A DNA stretch of 64,000 nucleotides, from assembly GCA_007695305.1 (NCBI GenBank), contig REEA01000109.1, positions 14,987-78,986 on the forward strand, given 5' to 3'. A program made the translations under genes and the position numbers. Positions 54,537 to 64,000 of the stretch are shown in pieces (the stretch's first letter is position 1; every line of letters begins with the position of its first letter). Below the pieces are notes generated by a model. The model was not told where the DNA came from and made no database searches. It saw nothing but the letters and a program-made list of their open reading frames with translations. This DNA comes from Bacteroidia bacterium. GTDB taxonomy: Bacteria > Bacteroidota > Bacteroidia > Bacteroidales > UBA7960.

Positions 54537-56156
54537 ATGAAAACACCGGACTTTTCTTACCAGGATCCTTTTCCATTAGCTGAAGACAAAACAGCGTATT
54601 ATTTACTTACCCGTGATCATGTGTCTTTGGACACTTTTGATGGGAAACAGATATTGCGGATAGCCCCCGAGGGGCTTACCAAATTGGCGCAACAGGCATT
54701 ATTTGATGCTTCCTTTATGCTCCGAACCGGGCATGTGAAACAAGTTGCCGCCATCCTTGATGATCCCGAGGCAAGTGACAATGACAAGTACGTAGCACTC
54801 ACCATGCTGCGAAACGCGGAAATTTCTGCGAAAGGCGTGCTCCCTTTCTGCCAGGATACCGGTACGGCCACCATCGTTGGAAAAAAAGGTCAACAGGTAT
54901 GGACCGGCGGAGGTGATGCCGTTGCCTTATCAAAAGGTGTTTACAATGTGTACACCAATGAAAGTCTGAGGTATTCTCAAACCATTCCCCTCGATATGTA
55001 TAAAGAGAAAAACTCCGGTACAAACCTGCCTGCGCAGATCGACATTGCTGCAGTGGATGGGGATGAGTACAACTTTTTATTTGTTGCTAAGGGAGGCGGG
55101 TCGGCCAATAAAACAGCCCTTTACCAGCAAACCAAGGCTTTGTTGAATCCTGAAAAACTGGAAGCTTTCCTGGTCGATAAGCTTAAAAGCCTGGGTACAG
55201 CTGCATGTCCGCCTTATCACGTAGCCTTTGTAGTGGGGGGCACTTCCGCCGAATCAACCCTCAAAACCGTTAAGCTGGCCAGCGCGAAATATCTGGATGA
55301 TTTACCTGAGACGGGCAACGAAGGAGGAAGGGCTTTCAGGGATAAGGAAATGGAACAAAAGGTACTGGATGCAGCCTATAAGCTGGGCATCGGTGCACAA
55401 TTCGGAGGTAAATACTTTGCACTGGATATCCGCGTGATTCGCCTTCCAAGACATGGCGCATCCTGTCCGGTGGGCATGGGCGTATCTTGTGCTGCCGACA
55501 GGAACATCAAAGCCAGAATCAATAAAGATGGAATATGGATAGAAAAACTGGAAGATAACCCGGCTCGCTTTATTCCGGAAGCTTACCGCCAAAAAGACGA
55601 TAACGCCGGTGCTGTGGAAATTGACCTGGATAAGCCCATGACTGACATTCTGGCCGAATTGACAAAGCACCCTGTGGGCACCCGGCTTTCGCTGAATGGG
55701 ACCATCATCGTCGGGCGTGATATTGCACACGCAAAATTGAAAGAAAAACTGGATGCAGGCGAAGGATTACCCCAGTACATCAAAGATCACCCCATTTATT
55801 ATGCCGGACCTGCAAAAACTCCCGAAGGAATGGCTTCCGGCTCATTCGGCCCCACCACCGCCGGGAGGATGGACTCTTATGTGGACTTGTTCCAGGAAAA
55901 CGGCGGCAGCCTGGTGATGATCGCAAAAGGGAACCGCAGCCAGGCTGTGACAGACGCATGTAAAAAGCATGGCGGCTTCTATCTGGGAAGTATTGGCGGT
56001 CCCGCAGCCATACTGGCACAGGAAAACATCAAAGAAGTGGAACTGCTGGAATACCCCGAGCTTGGAATGGAAGCCATCTACAGGATTCGGGTGGAGAAAT
56101 TCCCCGCCTTTATCCTTGTTGATGATAAAGGCAACGACTTTTACAGTATGGGATAA
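54537..56156 (+). CDS. Fumarate hydratase class I (Fe-S dependent, FumA/FumB type)
   Basis: 539 aa with the cluster-ligand context [10 protein letters not shown] and the fused alpha-beta domain organisation of class I fumarases. Confidence 0.93.
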   Translation: MKTPDFSYQDPFPLAEDKTAYYLLTRDHVSLDTFDGKQILRIAPEGLTKLAQQALFDASFMLRTGHVKQVAAILDDPEASDNDKYVALTMLRNAEISAKGVLPFCQDTGTATIVGKKGQQVWTGGGDAVALSKGVYNVYTNESLRYSQTIPLDMYKEKNSGTNLPAQIDIAAVDGDEYNFLFVAKGGGSANKTALYQQTKALLNPEKLEAFLVDKLKSLGTAACPPYHVAFVVGGTSAESTLKTVKLASAKYLDDLPETGNEGGRAFRDKEMEQKVLDAAYKLGIGAQFGGKYFALDIRVIRLPRHGASCPVGMGVSCAADRNIKARINKDGIWIEKLEDNPARFIPEAYRQKDDNAGAVEIDLDKPMTDILAELTKHPVGTRLSLNGTIIVGRDIAHAKLKEKLDAGEGLPQYIKDHPIYYAGPAKTPEGMASGSFGPTTAGRMDSYVDLFQENGGSLVMIAKGNRSQAVTDACKKHGGFYLGSIGGPAAILAQENIKEVELLEYPELGMEAIYRIRVEKFPAFILVDDKGNDFYSMG

Positions 56157-56258
56157 ATCGTATTCTGAACATATACAGATCATCATTTGTTTGGCTAACA
56201 AAAATGGTGGTATAAAAACCCGTTTTCACCACCTCTGGAACAATAACGCCAAAGAAAG

Positions 56259-57647
56259 ATGAAAAAAAATTTCAGGATAGATAATGATACTTTAGGTCCT
56301 GTGGAAATTCCTGCGGACAAATACTGGGGTCCGCAAACCCAAAGGGCTATTGAAAACTTTCCAATCGGTGAGGAAAAAATGCCCGGTGAGGTGATTCATG
56401 CTTTTGGCATTTTGAAAAAAGCAGCTGCCATTGTGAATCACGAACTGGGTGTTTTGCCTGAAGACTTGATGCAACCCATCGTGCAGGCTTGTGATGACAT
56501 CCTTAACGGCCGGTTGGACGATCATTTCCCTTTAGTTGTATGGCAAACAGGTAGTGGCACCCAGAGCAACATGAATGTGAATGAAGTTGTTGCCAACAGG
56601 GCACACGAGATCATGGGCGGCAATATTGACGATAAGTACAAAAAAGTGCATCCTAACGATCATGTTAATAAGTCTCAGTCCTCAAACGACACTTTTCCGA
56701 CAGCCATGCATATTGCTGCTTACGGAGTCATTGATGATATGACACTTCCTGCTTTGGCCGGCCTAAGGGATGCCTTGAAGACAAAAGCGATATCTTTTCA
56801 GAACCAGGTAAAAATCGGGCGCACCCATCTGATGGATGCTACTCCTTTGACATTGGGTCAAGAGTTTTCCGGCTTTGTGTCACAACTTGACCATGGCATA
56901 GAGGCGTTGAAATACAGCATGGGCCATTTGCGGGAGTTGGCTCTGGGTGGAACGGCAGTAGGTACGGGCATTAATGCACCCGGGGGTTTTGATGTTGCAG
57001 TTGCTGAAAAGATAGCGGGCTTTACAGGCAAGCCTTTTGTTACAGCTCCTAACAAGTTCGAAGCATTGGCAGCCCATGATGCCGTTGTAAAAACCAGTGG
57101 TGCTTTGAAGGCCCTCGCCGTAAGTCTTATGAAGATTGCCAATGATATACGAATGCTGGCTTCAGGTCCCCGTTGTGGCATTGCCGAAATTACCCTGCCT
57201 GCCAATGAACCGGGTAGCTCCATCATGCCCGGGAAAGTGAACCCGACGCAGCCTGAGGCGTTGACCATGGTTGCAGCGCAAGTTGTTGGGAACGACACAG
57301 CCATAACCGTGGGAGGGATGAATGGTCATTTTCAGCTGAATGTTTTTAAGCCAATGATGATTTACAACCTGCTTCAATCGGCCCGGCTGCTTGCCGACGC
57401 ATGTGCGAGCTTTACTGAAAGGTGTGTGGCTGGTATAGAAGCCAACCCTGAACAAATCAGCAAGCATTTGCAAAACTCCCTGATGTTGGTTACGGCACTG
57501 AACCCCCATATTGGTTATGATAATGCAGCAAAAATTGCCCGGCTTGCTCATAGCGAAGGACTTACACTCAAAGCAGCAGCCCTGAAACTAGGTCTGGTGG
57601 AGAGTGAAGAATTCGACAAATGGGTCAATCCCGCCAACATGATATAG
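56259..57647 (+). CDS. fumC: Fumarate hydratase class II
   Basis: 462 aa with the signature [13 protein letters not shown], and [14 protein letters not shown]. Confidence 0.96.
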   Translation: MKKNFRIDNDTLGPVEIPADKYWGPQTQRAIENFPIGEEKMPGEVIHAFGILKKAAAIVNHELGVLPEDLMQPIVQACDDILNGRLDDHFPLVVWQTGSGTQSNMNVNEVVANRAHEIMGGNIDDKYKKVHPNDHVNKSQSSNDTFPTAMHIAAYGVIDDMTLPALAGLRDALKTKAISFQNQVKIGRTHLMDATPLTLGQEFSGFVSQLDHGIEALKYSMGHLRELALGGTAVGTGINAPGGFDVAVAEKIAGFTGKPFVTAPNKFEALAAHDAVVKTSGALKALAVSLMKIANDIRMLASGPRCGIAEITLPANEPGSSIMPGKVNPTQPEALTMVAAQVVGNDTAITVGGMNGHFQLNVFKPMMIYNLLQSARLLADACASFTERCVAGIEANPEQISKHLQNSLMLVTALNPHIGYDNAAKIARLAHSEGLTLKAAALKLGLVESEEFDKWVNPANMI

Positions 57648-57676
57648 AAAAAGGGGCTGTTTAATGGCCCCTTTTC
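57648..57676. terminator. Bidirectional rho-independent terminator between fumC and gldN
   Basis: AAAAAGGGGC-tgtttaatg-GCCCCTTTTC: a GC-rich stem flanked by an A-run and a T-run, between convergent genes. Confidence 0.7.
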
Positions 57677-57729
57677 TCAATAATTATTTCGTGATTGTGT
57701 TTCAGATTGTTCCTTGACGGCAATAAAGT

Positions 57730-58569
57730 TTAATGTTGCCAAAGGTCCAGTTCGAAATTTCGGATCTCTTCCTTGATTCGTTCGGCTTCCAGCAACCGGT
57801 CGATGGGGTTGTCAATATATTCTCTGATGGCGCGGTTGTCTGGTCGATCTTCCCTGTAAATGGTTGCATCAAAGAATCGACGGATGAAAAGGTCGTCATA
57901 GCTTTCCACCATTTTATCGTTGCGGCGGTTGACCACGGGTGCGTTGGCGAGTGCAGGGCGGACCTCTTTGAAAGGCACCCAGAAAAGCGGGTCCTGTATG
58001 TCGGTGAATTGCCCGGTTTCTTCATCCCTAACCAATCTGGCCGGCGAAAGCCCAATGATGCGCACATCAAGCACACCGCGGCGCTGATCTACAAACCATT
58101 CTTCCTTAATCCTGAAAACCAGCACTTCAGTGGACCGGAAGGGGATTACTTCTTCAACTTCCTGACCTTCAATTACGATGACTTCTACCCTTGCCAGGAT
58201 ATCATCAAACAGTTCCACCGGGTCAAAAGGTTCTCTTTCGAAGGAATCGTCATCAACACCGTATGCCCTGATTTCTCCTGCCCGAATTGCGTCTTCAAGC
58301 ACCTGCATAAGGTTTCGGTACCCTCCTGACGGCCTTTCCGGAAAATAGAGTGGCTGGTTTATGGTTTTTCTGACATCGATAAATTGCCAGATTCTTTTTG
58401 ACCAGAGAACATCTGCTTCCCGGACAGTGGGCAGTTCAACGGGTCTCCTTTCCGCTACGGACATTCTATCGTAAAAGCTGTCTCTGGGTCTTTCCCGCTC
58501 TTCCTGCGCAGTTGCCGCAAGAGCCAGAAAGATCAGCGTGATGGAGAAAAGCAAAATATTTTTTGACAT
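57730..58569 (-). CDS. gldN: Gliding motility / T9SS protein GldN (PorN)
   Basis: Signal peptide and conserved READVLWSKRIWQFIDVRKTINQPLYFP. Last gene of the gldKLMN cluster. Confidence 0.9.
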   Translation of the reverse strand: MSKNILLFSITLIFLALAATAQEERERPRDSFYDRMSVAERRPVELPTVREADVLWSKRIWQFIDVRKTINQPLYFPERPSGGYRNLMQVLEDAIRAGEIRAYGVDDDSFEREPFDPVELFDDILARVEVIVIEGQEVEEVIPFRSTEVLVFRIKEEWFVDQRRGVLDVRIIGLSPARLVRDEETGQFTDIQDPLFWVPFKEVRPALANAPVVNRRNDKMVESYDDLFIRRFFDATIYREDRPDNRAIREYIDNPIDRLLEAERIKEEIRNFELDLWQH

Positions 58570-58594
58570 GGGGGTGTTCCTCCTGATTATTTGG

Positions 58595-60193
58595 TTAGTT
58601 TATGTTAAATGATAAATCTCCAAGGAGCCTTGTTTCACCGCCGGGGCCTACAGCACGTATCTGCCTGAAATATACAAGCTGATTCGGTCTGGCATCGGTC
58701 AGCTGACGCCGCATTTCCTCTGTTAAAGCATTGCCGTTGGCTTGTCTTGCAGATCTTTGTTCACCGGCAACAAAAGTGATCATGTCGAACGATTGCACAC
58801 GCCAGTTTACACCTGCAAACAGAAAATCTTCTCCCATGGTTGCTTCCAGTACCCCGGCCCTGAGCAGCACCTGTCTGTCAACCCGGCCACCATCATAACC
58901 TGCAATACGTGCTTCCGGACGCGGTAAGGCAAATACGCGGAATTCCATTTGATCCAGAAACTCCATCCGTCCTTCCACCATAGCATTTACGGCAATGGTC
59001 ACATTCTGACGTGGTTGGTTTGTTTCAACAATAAAGGTGCCATCAGGTTGGCGCGTTAGCGTTGCATTCCCTGCAGATATTTCCGGCCGGAGACTTCCGG
59101 AAGGAACCCCGGGAGCAGATATAGAAACAGGGTTTGGGATGTTGGTATAAAAAACATTCATATTGGTTGCCGACACAGTGGCACTTGGAGGCTGAACGGT
59201 ATACTGGGTAGTAAAAGGATATGATTGCCGTACACCTGCGGGTGTAACAACCGTAATTTCACCCCTCAGCGTTCGGGTACCGGCCGAAGTGGCCGGCAGG
59301 CTGATTCTGCCTACACCACCAGACACGGGAATGCGGCCAATTCCCTGAACAGTGATTTCAGGATCCTGCCGTGTGTCTATAGCAGCCACGAAAACATCCG
59401 CATTATAACGGCTACCCGTCATAACAATCTCACTTTGGGGTACAACCCTTGCCGTTACCTGGTCAAAACGGAACTCACCGGCGTGGATCAGGTCGTACAA
59501 CATGCTGATGGCATCAAACTCAGCATTGCGGATCTCGGTGATAATCCTGCTTAAATTAGTAGCAACAGCAACAGAGATTACACGATCAAAGTTAAATTGC
59601 TGCCAGTTTAAGCTACGGTCGCCACGTTGAAAGGGACCTTCAACATCCAGAGCCAAGTTGATGGATTGGTCGTGAATGTCCAGTATACTGTCTATTTCAT
59701 GTTTGAAATTACTGATCATGTCGCGGAGAATGTAAGCCCTCGTTCCAGGCCCTCCCGCTCGCTGGGTGGGGTCAAGATTGTTTTCAATCAACCAGAATCG
59801 TGAAGAAAAACTGTAATCATCCTGGCGCCGCAGATCCTCAAGATTGATTTCTTCTGCCTCTTCCGTAGAAATACGGTTGATGTTTGCAATCATTAGCGTC
59901 CGCTTGCTGCGGATATAATTAACCAGGGAATCGGCCAGTGATTTAACGTGCATGGCCTCATTGTAAAACGGTTGTACTAACTCCTCACCATGTGCAGCTT
60001 TTTGTACATCGAAGTCGATGTAAACCATTTCTACCTTTGTCTCAAAATTCCTGTTGGTTTCCTCAATGCTTTTGTTGATCAGCGGAAAAGATTCCAACAC
60101 GACCACCGAAACATTCAATGCCATCAGCGCGAGGAAGATCAGGTACATGAGACCGATCAGTCTTTGCCTTGGAGTTTGTTTAGCAGCTGCCAT
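58595..60193 (-). CDS. gldM: Gliding motility / T9SS protein GldM (PorM)
   Basis: Canonical N-terminus KQTPRQRLIGLMYLIFLALMALNVS with a single TM, then a long periplasmic region. Confidence 0.92.
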   Translation of the reverse strand: MAAAKQTPRQRLIGLMYLIFLALMALNVSVVVLESFPLINKSIEETNRNFETKVEMVYIDFDVQKAAHGEELVQPFYNEAMHVKSLADSLVNYIRSKRTLMIANINRISTEEAEEINLEDLRRQDDYSFSSRFWLIENNLDPTQRAGGPGTRAYILRDMISNFKHEIDSILDIHDQSINLALDVEGPFQRGDRSLNWQQFNFDRVISVAVATNLSRIITEIRNAEFDAISMLYDLIHAGEFRFDQVTARVVPQSEIVMTGSRYNADVFVAAIDTRQDPEITVQGIGRIPVSGGVGRISLPATSAGTRTLRGEITVVTPAGVRQSYPFTTQYTVQPPSATVSATNMNVFYTNIPNPVSISAPGVPSGSLRPEISAGNATLTRQPDGTFIVETNQPRQNVTIAVNAMVEGRMEFLDQMEFRVFALPRPEARIAGYDGGRVDRQVLLRAGVLEATMGEDFLFAGVNWRVQSFDMITFVAGEQRSARQANGNALTEEMRRQLTDARPNQLVYFRQIRAVGPGGETRLLGDLSFNIN

Positions 60194-60254
60194 ATTGTGC
60201 TGTAATTATTTCTGATTTAAATGCTGAATAATTTTTGAATACAAAATTCAGCCA

Positions 60255-61148
60255 CTATTTATTTATGTTGAAATTCATGGCCGAAAGCATATTGCCATAT
60301 ACGCTGTTCAGTGCCTGGATATTTTTGGTGAGCTGTTCCATCTCGGCCTGGAAAAGTTTAGATCTTTGGGCTGAATTGTTTAGCTCGTCAATCACACTGC
60401 CCATGGTTTCCTGGTGACGTTGGGCTGACTCTGCCTGTTTACCGGCCGCTTGCATCTGCAACTCATAGGCAGTATTTAGTGCTGATAGATTTTTTGTCAG
60501 GCTTTCGGAAGCATAGGCTCCATCCTGTGCCTTGCGTGCAGAATCTCTGTATGCGTCATTCATTTCGTTGAGTGAACCGACCAAGCTTTTCAGGTTGCTG
60601 TTGTATTCCTCCGATAAGCTCAGATCATGCTTGAGATATTCCGCTTTGTTTTTGTATGACTGGCTGAGCTCAAGTACCGACTTCGAGGCGGTTTCCATAT
60701 TCTGGATATATTGATTGGTAGCTATAGTCGCGTTGGAAAGGTCTGCCAGCCTGGCCGCGTTATCGCTTAGATTGCGTAAACCGCGCCCGAGGTTGTTGAT
60801 CAGTTCCGGTCCAATATCAGCTTGTTCCATCAACTTGTCCAGATTCGAAGATAAGGTAATATGTTGTTGGGAAACAGCGCCCTGAAGCCTGCGATCATCG
60901 CGTGGAATATCCGACTCCAGTCCGGCCAGCTCAGGATAAACCAGGCTCCAGTCCGGCTCCTCATGCACCTGTTCAAAGGCTGAGAAAAAGAACACCACGG
61001 CTTCTACACCCATTCCAATAATCAGTGCATAATCGGCAAAAGGCCAGTGCATGATCTTGAAAAGGGCCCCGATGATCACCAGTGAGGCTCCCCATCCATA
61101 GAGCCTGGACATAAAAACTTTCCATCCTTTTTTGCGTGAAAATTTCAT
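60255..61148 (-). CDS. gldL: Gliding motility / T9SS protein GldL (PorL)
   Basis: Two N-terminal TM helices with YGWGASLVIIGALFKIMHWPFA and a cytoplasmic helical C-terminus. I prefer the ATG at 61148 over the TTG at 61157. Confidence 0.9.
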   Translation of the reverse strand: MKFSRKKGWKVFMSRLYGWGASLVIIGALFKIMHWPFADYALIIGMGVEAVVFFFSAFEQVHEEPDWSLVYPELAGLESDIPRDDRRLQGAVSQQHITLSSNLDKLMEQADIGPELINNLGRGLRNLSDNAARLADLSNATIATNQYIQNMETASKSVLELSQSYKNKAEYLKHDLSLSEEYNSNLKSLVGSLNEMNDAYRDSARKAQDGAYASESLTKNLSALNTAYELQMQAAGKQAESAQRHQETMGSVIDELNNSAQRSKLFQAEMEQLTKNIQALNSVYGNMLSAMNFNINK

Positions 61149-61247
61149 TTGTGGCAATTTTTTAATTTGAACATTTGGAACATCCTGTGAATACGTTTAT
61201 TAGCTTAAGGAGATTCCTTATAATACTTGGTCAATCAATAAAAACAA

Positions 61248-62573
61248 TTAATAAACATTTGATGCACCCCTTCTGCCATCATCTCTGTCGCGACCCGGGA
61301 ATGTTTGAACACTGCGGAATCCGATATAGGAAGTGGCCGTATCCTGGAATTCATAAGACCGGGTGCTCACCTGCAGGAAGTATCCGATATCTTTCCATGA
61401 TCCGCCACGAACAACTTTCCTGCTGAGCGCAGGGGGATCAACATCAGGGTTAAATTCATATTGATAGTCAGGACTCAGGTCATGGCCGAAATAATAGAAG
61501 GATTCGTCATAGGCATTGCGCGTCCACTCGGAAACATTTCCTGCCATGTCGTAAAGGCCATAATCATTGGGTGGGTAAAAACCCGCGATATTGGTGTACA
61601 TGGCGCCTGTGTCGGCATACCTGCCCCGCATGGGTTTGAAATTGGCAAGGAAACAACCTTCCTGATCGCGCAGGTAAGGTCCACCCCAGGGATATGGATT
61701 TAGATCGAGGCCACCCCTGGCAGCGTATTCCCATTGGGCTTCTGAAGGCAATTCAAAATCCATGGCGAAAGGCTGATTGCGGCTGGCAAGGTAGCTGTTG
61801 AGGTATTGGGTTCTCCAGACATTGAAAGCGCGTGCCTGTACCCAGTTAACACCTACCACCGGATAATGGTCGAAGGAAGGGTGCCAGAAATATTGTTTGG
61901 CCATGGGTTCATTGTAAGAATAGGTAAAGTCGCTTATCCAGACCAGGGTATCGGGGTAAATATGTGTTTCATGTTGTGTAATCAGGTCTGCCCTGTTCAG
62001 GTTTCTTCTTTCGTTGGGCTCAATGTTGGCTGCCCTGCGCAGATCAATCGTGAAATATCTGTAAACCAGCAATCGTGTGTCAATCTCCCTTCTTCTAAAA
62101 AAGCGCTCCTGTTCGGGAAGATAAAGTTCTTCGAGCACCACCCGTTCTTCTTCACCACCCCAGCGGATTTGTGGACGCCAGTTAAGCAGCGGAGGAATCA
62201 ATGGTTCGCCAAACTCATCTTCATCGATTTCAAAATCCGGATCCAGGGTAGCAGCCAGAATGCTACGTGCGAGAGAATCTCTGACCCAATACACAAACTG
62301 GCGGTATTGGTTGTTTGTGATTTCTGTTTCATCCATATAAAATGCGGGCAGGGAAACAGTCCACGACCTTGCATTTTGCGTGTATGCAATATCCTGATCG
62401 GAAGGGCCAAGTGTAACGCTTCCCATGGGGATGAACACCATCCCGGGAGGGTCAGCATAAAAAGCATCCGGTCTGTTTTGAACGCCTACCAGATGACCCC
62501 GGTCGCCGCGTCCCAGCCAGTTACAGCTGGTAAATAATACCGCAGCCAAAGCAATTAAAAAGATTTTTTTCAT
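61248..62573 (-). CDS. gldK: Gliding motility / T9SS lipoprotein GldK (PorK), SUMF1/FGE-like domain
   Basis: Lipobox AVLFTSCNW from the ATG at 62573. GHLVGV...PPGMVFIPMG and a C-terminal RGGSWKD motif. Confidence 0.92.
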   Translation of the reverse strand: MKKIFLIALAAVLFTSCNWLGRGDRGHLVGVQNRPDAFYADPPGMVFIPMGSVTLGPSDQDIAYTQNARSWTVSLPAFYMDETEITNNQYRQFVYWVRDSLARSILAATLDPDFEIDEDEFGEPLIPPLLNWRPQIRWGGEEERVVLEELYLPEQERFFRRREIDTRLLVYRYFTIDLRRAANIEPNERRNLNRADLITQHETHIYPDTLVWISDFTYSYNEPMAKQYFWHPSFDHYPVVGVNWVQARAFNVWRTQYLNSYLASRNQPFAMDFELPSEAQWEYAARGGLDLNPYPWGGPYLRDQEGCFLANFKPMRGRYADTGAMYTNIAGFYPPNDYGLYDMAGNVSEWTRNAYDESFYYFGHDLSPDYQYEFNPDVDPPALSRKVVRGGSWKDIGYFLQVSTRSYEFQDTATSYIGFRSVQTFPGRDRDDGRRGASNVY

Positions 62574-62658
62574 GGTCGTTTCAGTTATGATGGCCATATT
62601 GTGTTTTCCATTCCTGTTTAGCAAAACAATGCAATAGTTTTAAAAATAATGTGCAAAG

Positions 62659-63615
62659 TTACAAAAATCTAATATTACGCTGAATTTTCTGTATTCTGTC
62701 CAGACCAAGATCGAAGCAATATTGCAGCATAATTTCATGAGTGCCGTAACTTCGTCTCATGGCACCCAGAGGTGATGTGGTAATATCGTATGAATAACCC
62801 ACGCTGATCTGATCAAGTTTTACCCCAACCATTACTGCAACGGCATCCTGAGGTCTATAGGTAACGCCACCCCAAAAACGGTTATTGTATGTAACCAGGG
62901 TGTTTATGTCAAACTGGAAGGAATTCAGGTCCGTTTTTACGAGAAGCGACGGGCTTAGAACATAACTTGAATTGTTTGGCAAAGCCAGGTTATATCCTCC
63001 CATGGCATACACATGGCGTTTAAGCCCGAAGTTGCTTTCACCCAAACCTCCGCGCGCTTGCCGCAATTGTGTGAATGACAATCCTGCCCAGGCTTCATCA
63101 TCAAGCATATAAAATCCACCCAGTGAAAAATCAGTAAAAATGGTGCTTTCTTCACCTCCTATCAGCACAGGATCCCCGGGGTCAAGAGGATTAAGTCCTG
63201 AAAAATCAATTCTTTTGTCCAGAAAACCAACATTGGCACCAATGCCCAACCGGCCCATACCCATGTCGAGATGATATGAATAAGACAAGCTGACACCAAC
63301 ACTGGCCTCAGGGCCAAGCTGATCCTGGATAAAACCAAGAGCCACACCACCTCTGATGAACCTGATTGGTGCGTCAACATTCAAACTATAGGTTTCCGGA
63401 TTTAAACGGTTTCCCTCCTCGTCACGGAATCCTACCCATTGCTGCCGGGCAATGCCTGTGGCACAAATTGCGTTGCGCATACCTGCCAGTCCCGGATTGA
63501 TCCCCATATTGTTGAACATATTGTGCGTAAACTGGGCCTGCTGCTGCGCAAAGACTGTCCCGGAAACGAAAGACAATAGGATGATAGCAAAAATGCACTT
63601 TTGTTGCATATACAT
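62659..63615 (-). CDS. PorP/SprF family type IX secretion system membrane protein
   Basis: Signal peptide ending VFAQQ, then QFTHNMFNNMGINPGLAG, typical of PorP/SprF, and a beta-barrel-like remainder. Start is the ATG at 63615 or 63609. The ORF-track start at 63687 overlaps a TAATTTTG -7 box. Confidence 0.88.
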   Translation of the reverse strand: MYMQQKCIFAIILLSFVSGTVFAQQQAQFTHNMFNNMGINPGLAGMRNAICATGIARQQWVGFRDEEGNRLNPETYSLNVDAPIRFIRGGVALGFIQDQLGPEASVGVSLSYSYHLDMGMGRLGIGANVGFLDKRIDFSGLNPLDPGDPVLIGGEESTIFTDFSLGGFYMLDDEAWAGLSFTQLRQARGGLGESNFGLKRHVYAMGGYNLALPNNSSYVLSPSLLVKTDLNSFQFDINTLVTYNNRFWGGVTYRPQDAVAVMVGVKLDQISVGYSYDITTSPLGAMRRSYGTHEIMLQYCFDLGLDRIQKIQRNIRFL

Positions 63616-63684
63616 TAACGTTTGACAAAAACCCTGAATGTTAACGGATAAATATCTGAAATATTGGTGTTTCAAAGAATTTGT

Positions 63685-63692
63685 CAAAATTA
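63685..63692 (-). promoter_or_regulatory. -7 box TAATTTTG, candidate promoter of the porP-gldKLMN operon
   Basis: Exact match, 69 nt upstream of the ATG at 63615. Confidence 0.4.
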
Positions 63693-63750
63693 CTACTTTT
63701 TTTTATCCTCCGGCGGATTGCGCAACGCTATAATTTGACCTTAGCCGGCG

Positions 63751-64000
63751 TCAGACAAATTTTTGGTAAACCTGCCACCATTTTTCCGGAATCTCATTCT
63801 GGCATGCCTCCTGGTAATCTTTGTAAGAACAAGCTACCAGAAAATGCCGGTCATACTTTTGTTTGAGCCTTTCGGGACAAGGAACCTCCATCCACCAGCG
63901 GTCGCTGATTTTACTTTTGTAGAAAATGATCTTGTTTTGAAAATCTTTGATTGATACAACATATTTAATGAAGTTTCGGGAGTCCTTGGTTTGTTTGTCG
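63751..64000 (-). CDS. 3' end of an unidentified protein-coding gene whose start lies beyond the window
   Basis: My own translation of the minus strand gives an open frame from the window edge to the TGA at 63751-63753 (…FYKSKISDRWWMEVPCPERLKQKYDRHFLVACSYKDYQEACQNEIPEKWWQVYQKFV*). It is missing from the ORF track because it has no in-window start. Confidence 0.45.
   Translation of the reverse strand, partial: DKQTKDSRNFIKYVVSIKDFQNKIIFYKSKISDRWWMEVPCPERLKQKYDRHFLVACSYKDYQEACQNEIPEKWWQVYQKFV

Noticed and set aside
53905-54540. 211 aa plus-strand ORF, plus the 130-132 aa plus-strand ORFs at 53500-54035
   Set aside because: They are antisense to rbfA and the methyltransferase gene, both well supported. 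Their composition is atypical.
61806-62537. 243 aa plus-strand ORF
   Set aside because: It is antisense to gldK. It has no motifs, while gldK has unmistakable signatures on the other strand.
1-64000. Search for tRNA/rRNA genes, CRISPR arrays, transposases, integrases, phage or defence-island genes
   Set aside because: Intergenic spaces are short apart from those discussed. I saw no regularly spaced repeats, no tRNA-like T-arm motif outside coding sequence (the GGTTCGAACC at about 35611 is inside the giant CDS), and no recombinase, toxin-antitoxin or restriction-like ORFs in the six-frame track. Absence is judged by eye only.

Overview
A 64 kb chromosomal segment that looks like Bacteroidota. 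Evidence: a porP/sprF-gldK-gldL-gldM-gldN type IX secretion/gliding operon, an IPExxxVDY-family gene next to acpP-fabF-rnc, TAnnTTTG -7 promoter boxes just upstream of many starts, and few Shine-Dalgarno sites. I call about 48 protein-coding genes. I could not recognise any tRNA, rRNA, CRISPR array, transposase or integrase by eye.

Most of the window is housekeeping: ileS, glyQS, pheT, asd, purN, fabF/acpP/rnc, rbfA, mazG, ispB, lspA, and tandem class I plus class II fumarases. There are two efflux systems: a TolC-MFP-RND operon with a small associated protein, and a HlyD plus ABC ATPase plus two roughly 800 aa FtsX/MacB-type permeases.

Two regions stand out.
1. 32.1-39.9 kb holds one uninterrupted ORF of about 1716-1739 aa. 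It fuses a complete SLC12-like cation-chloride cotransporter (membrane domain plus its cytosolic C-terminal domain) to about 680 aa of helical sequence I cannot assign, then to a C-terminal P-loop NTPase module. Its stop overlaps (ATGA) the start of a minimal MscS-like channel gene, and a full-length MscS gene is transcribed divergently from it. I know of no characterised system with this architecture, so it is my best candidate for something undescribed.
2. 30.9-32.0 kb is a compact family-1 encapsulin operon: an EncFtn ferritin cargo with a His/Asp-rich linker and a C-terminal targeting peptide, followed by the shell gene. The system type is known, but it is accessory here and has an atypical strong SD.

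All functional calls rest on motif recognition in the supplied translations. No database search was possible.
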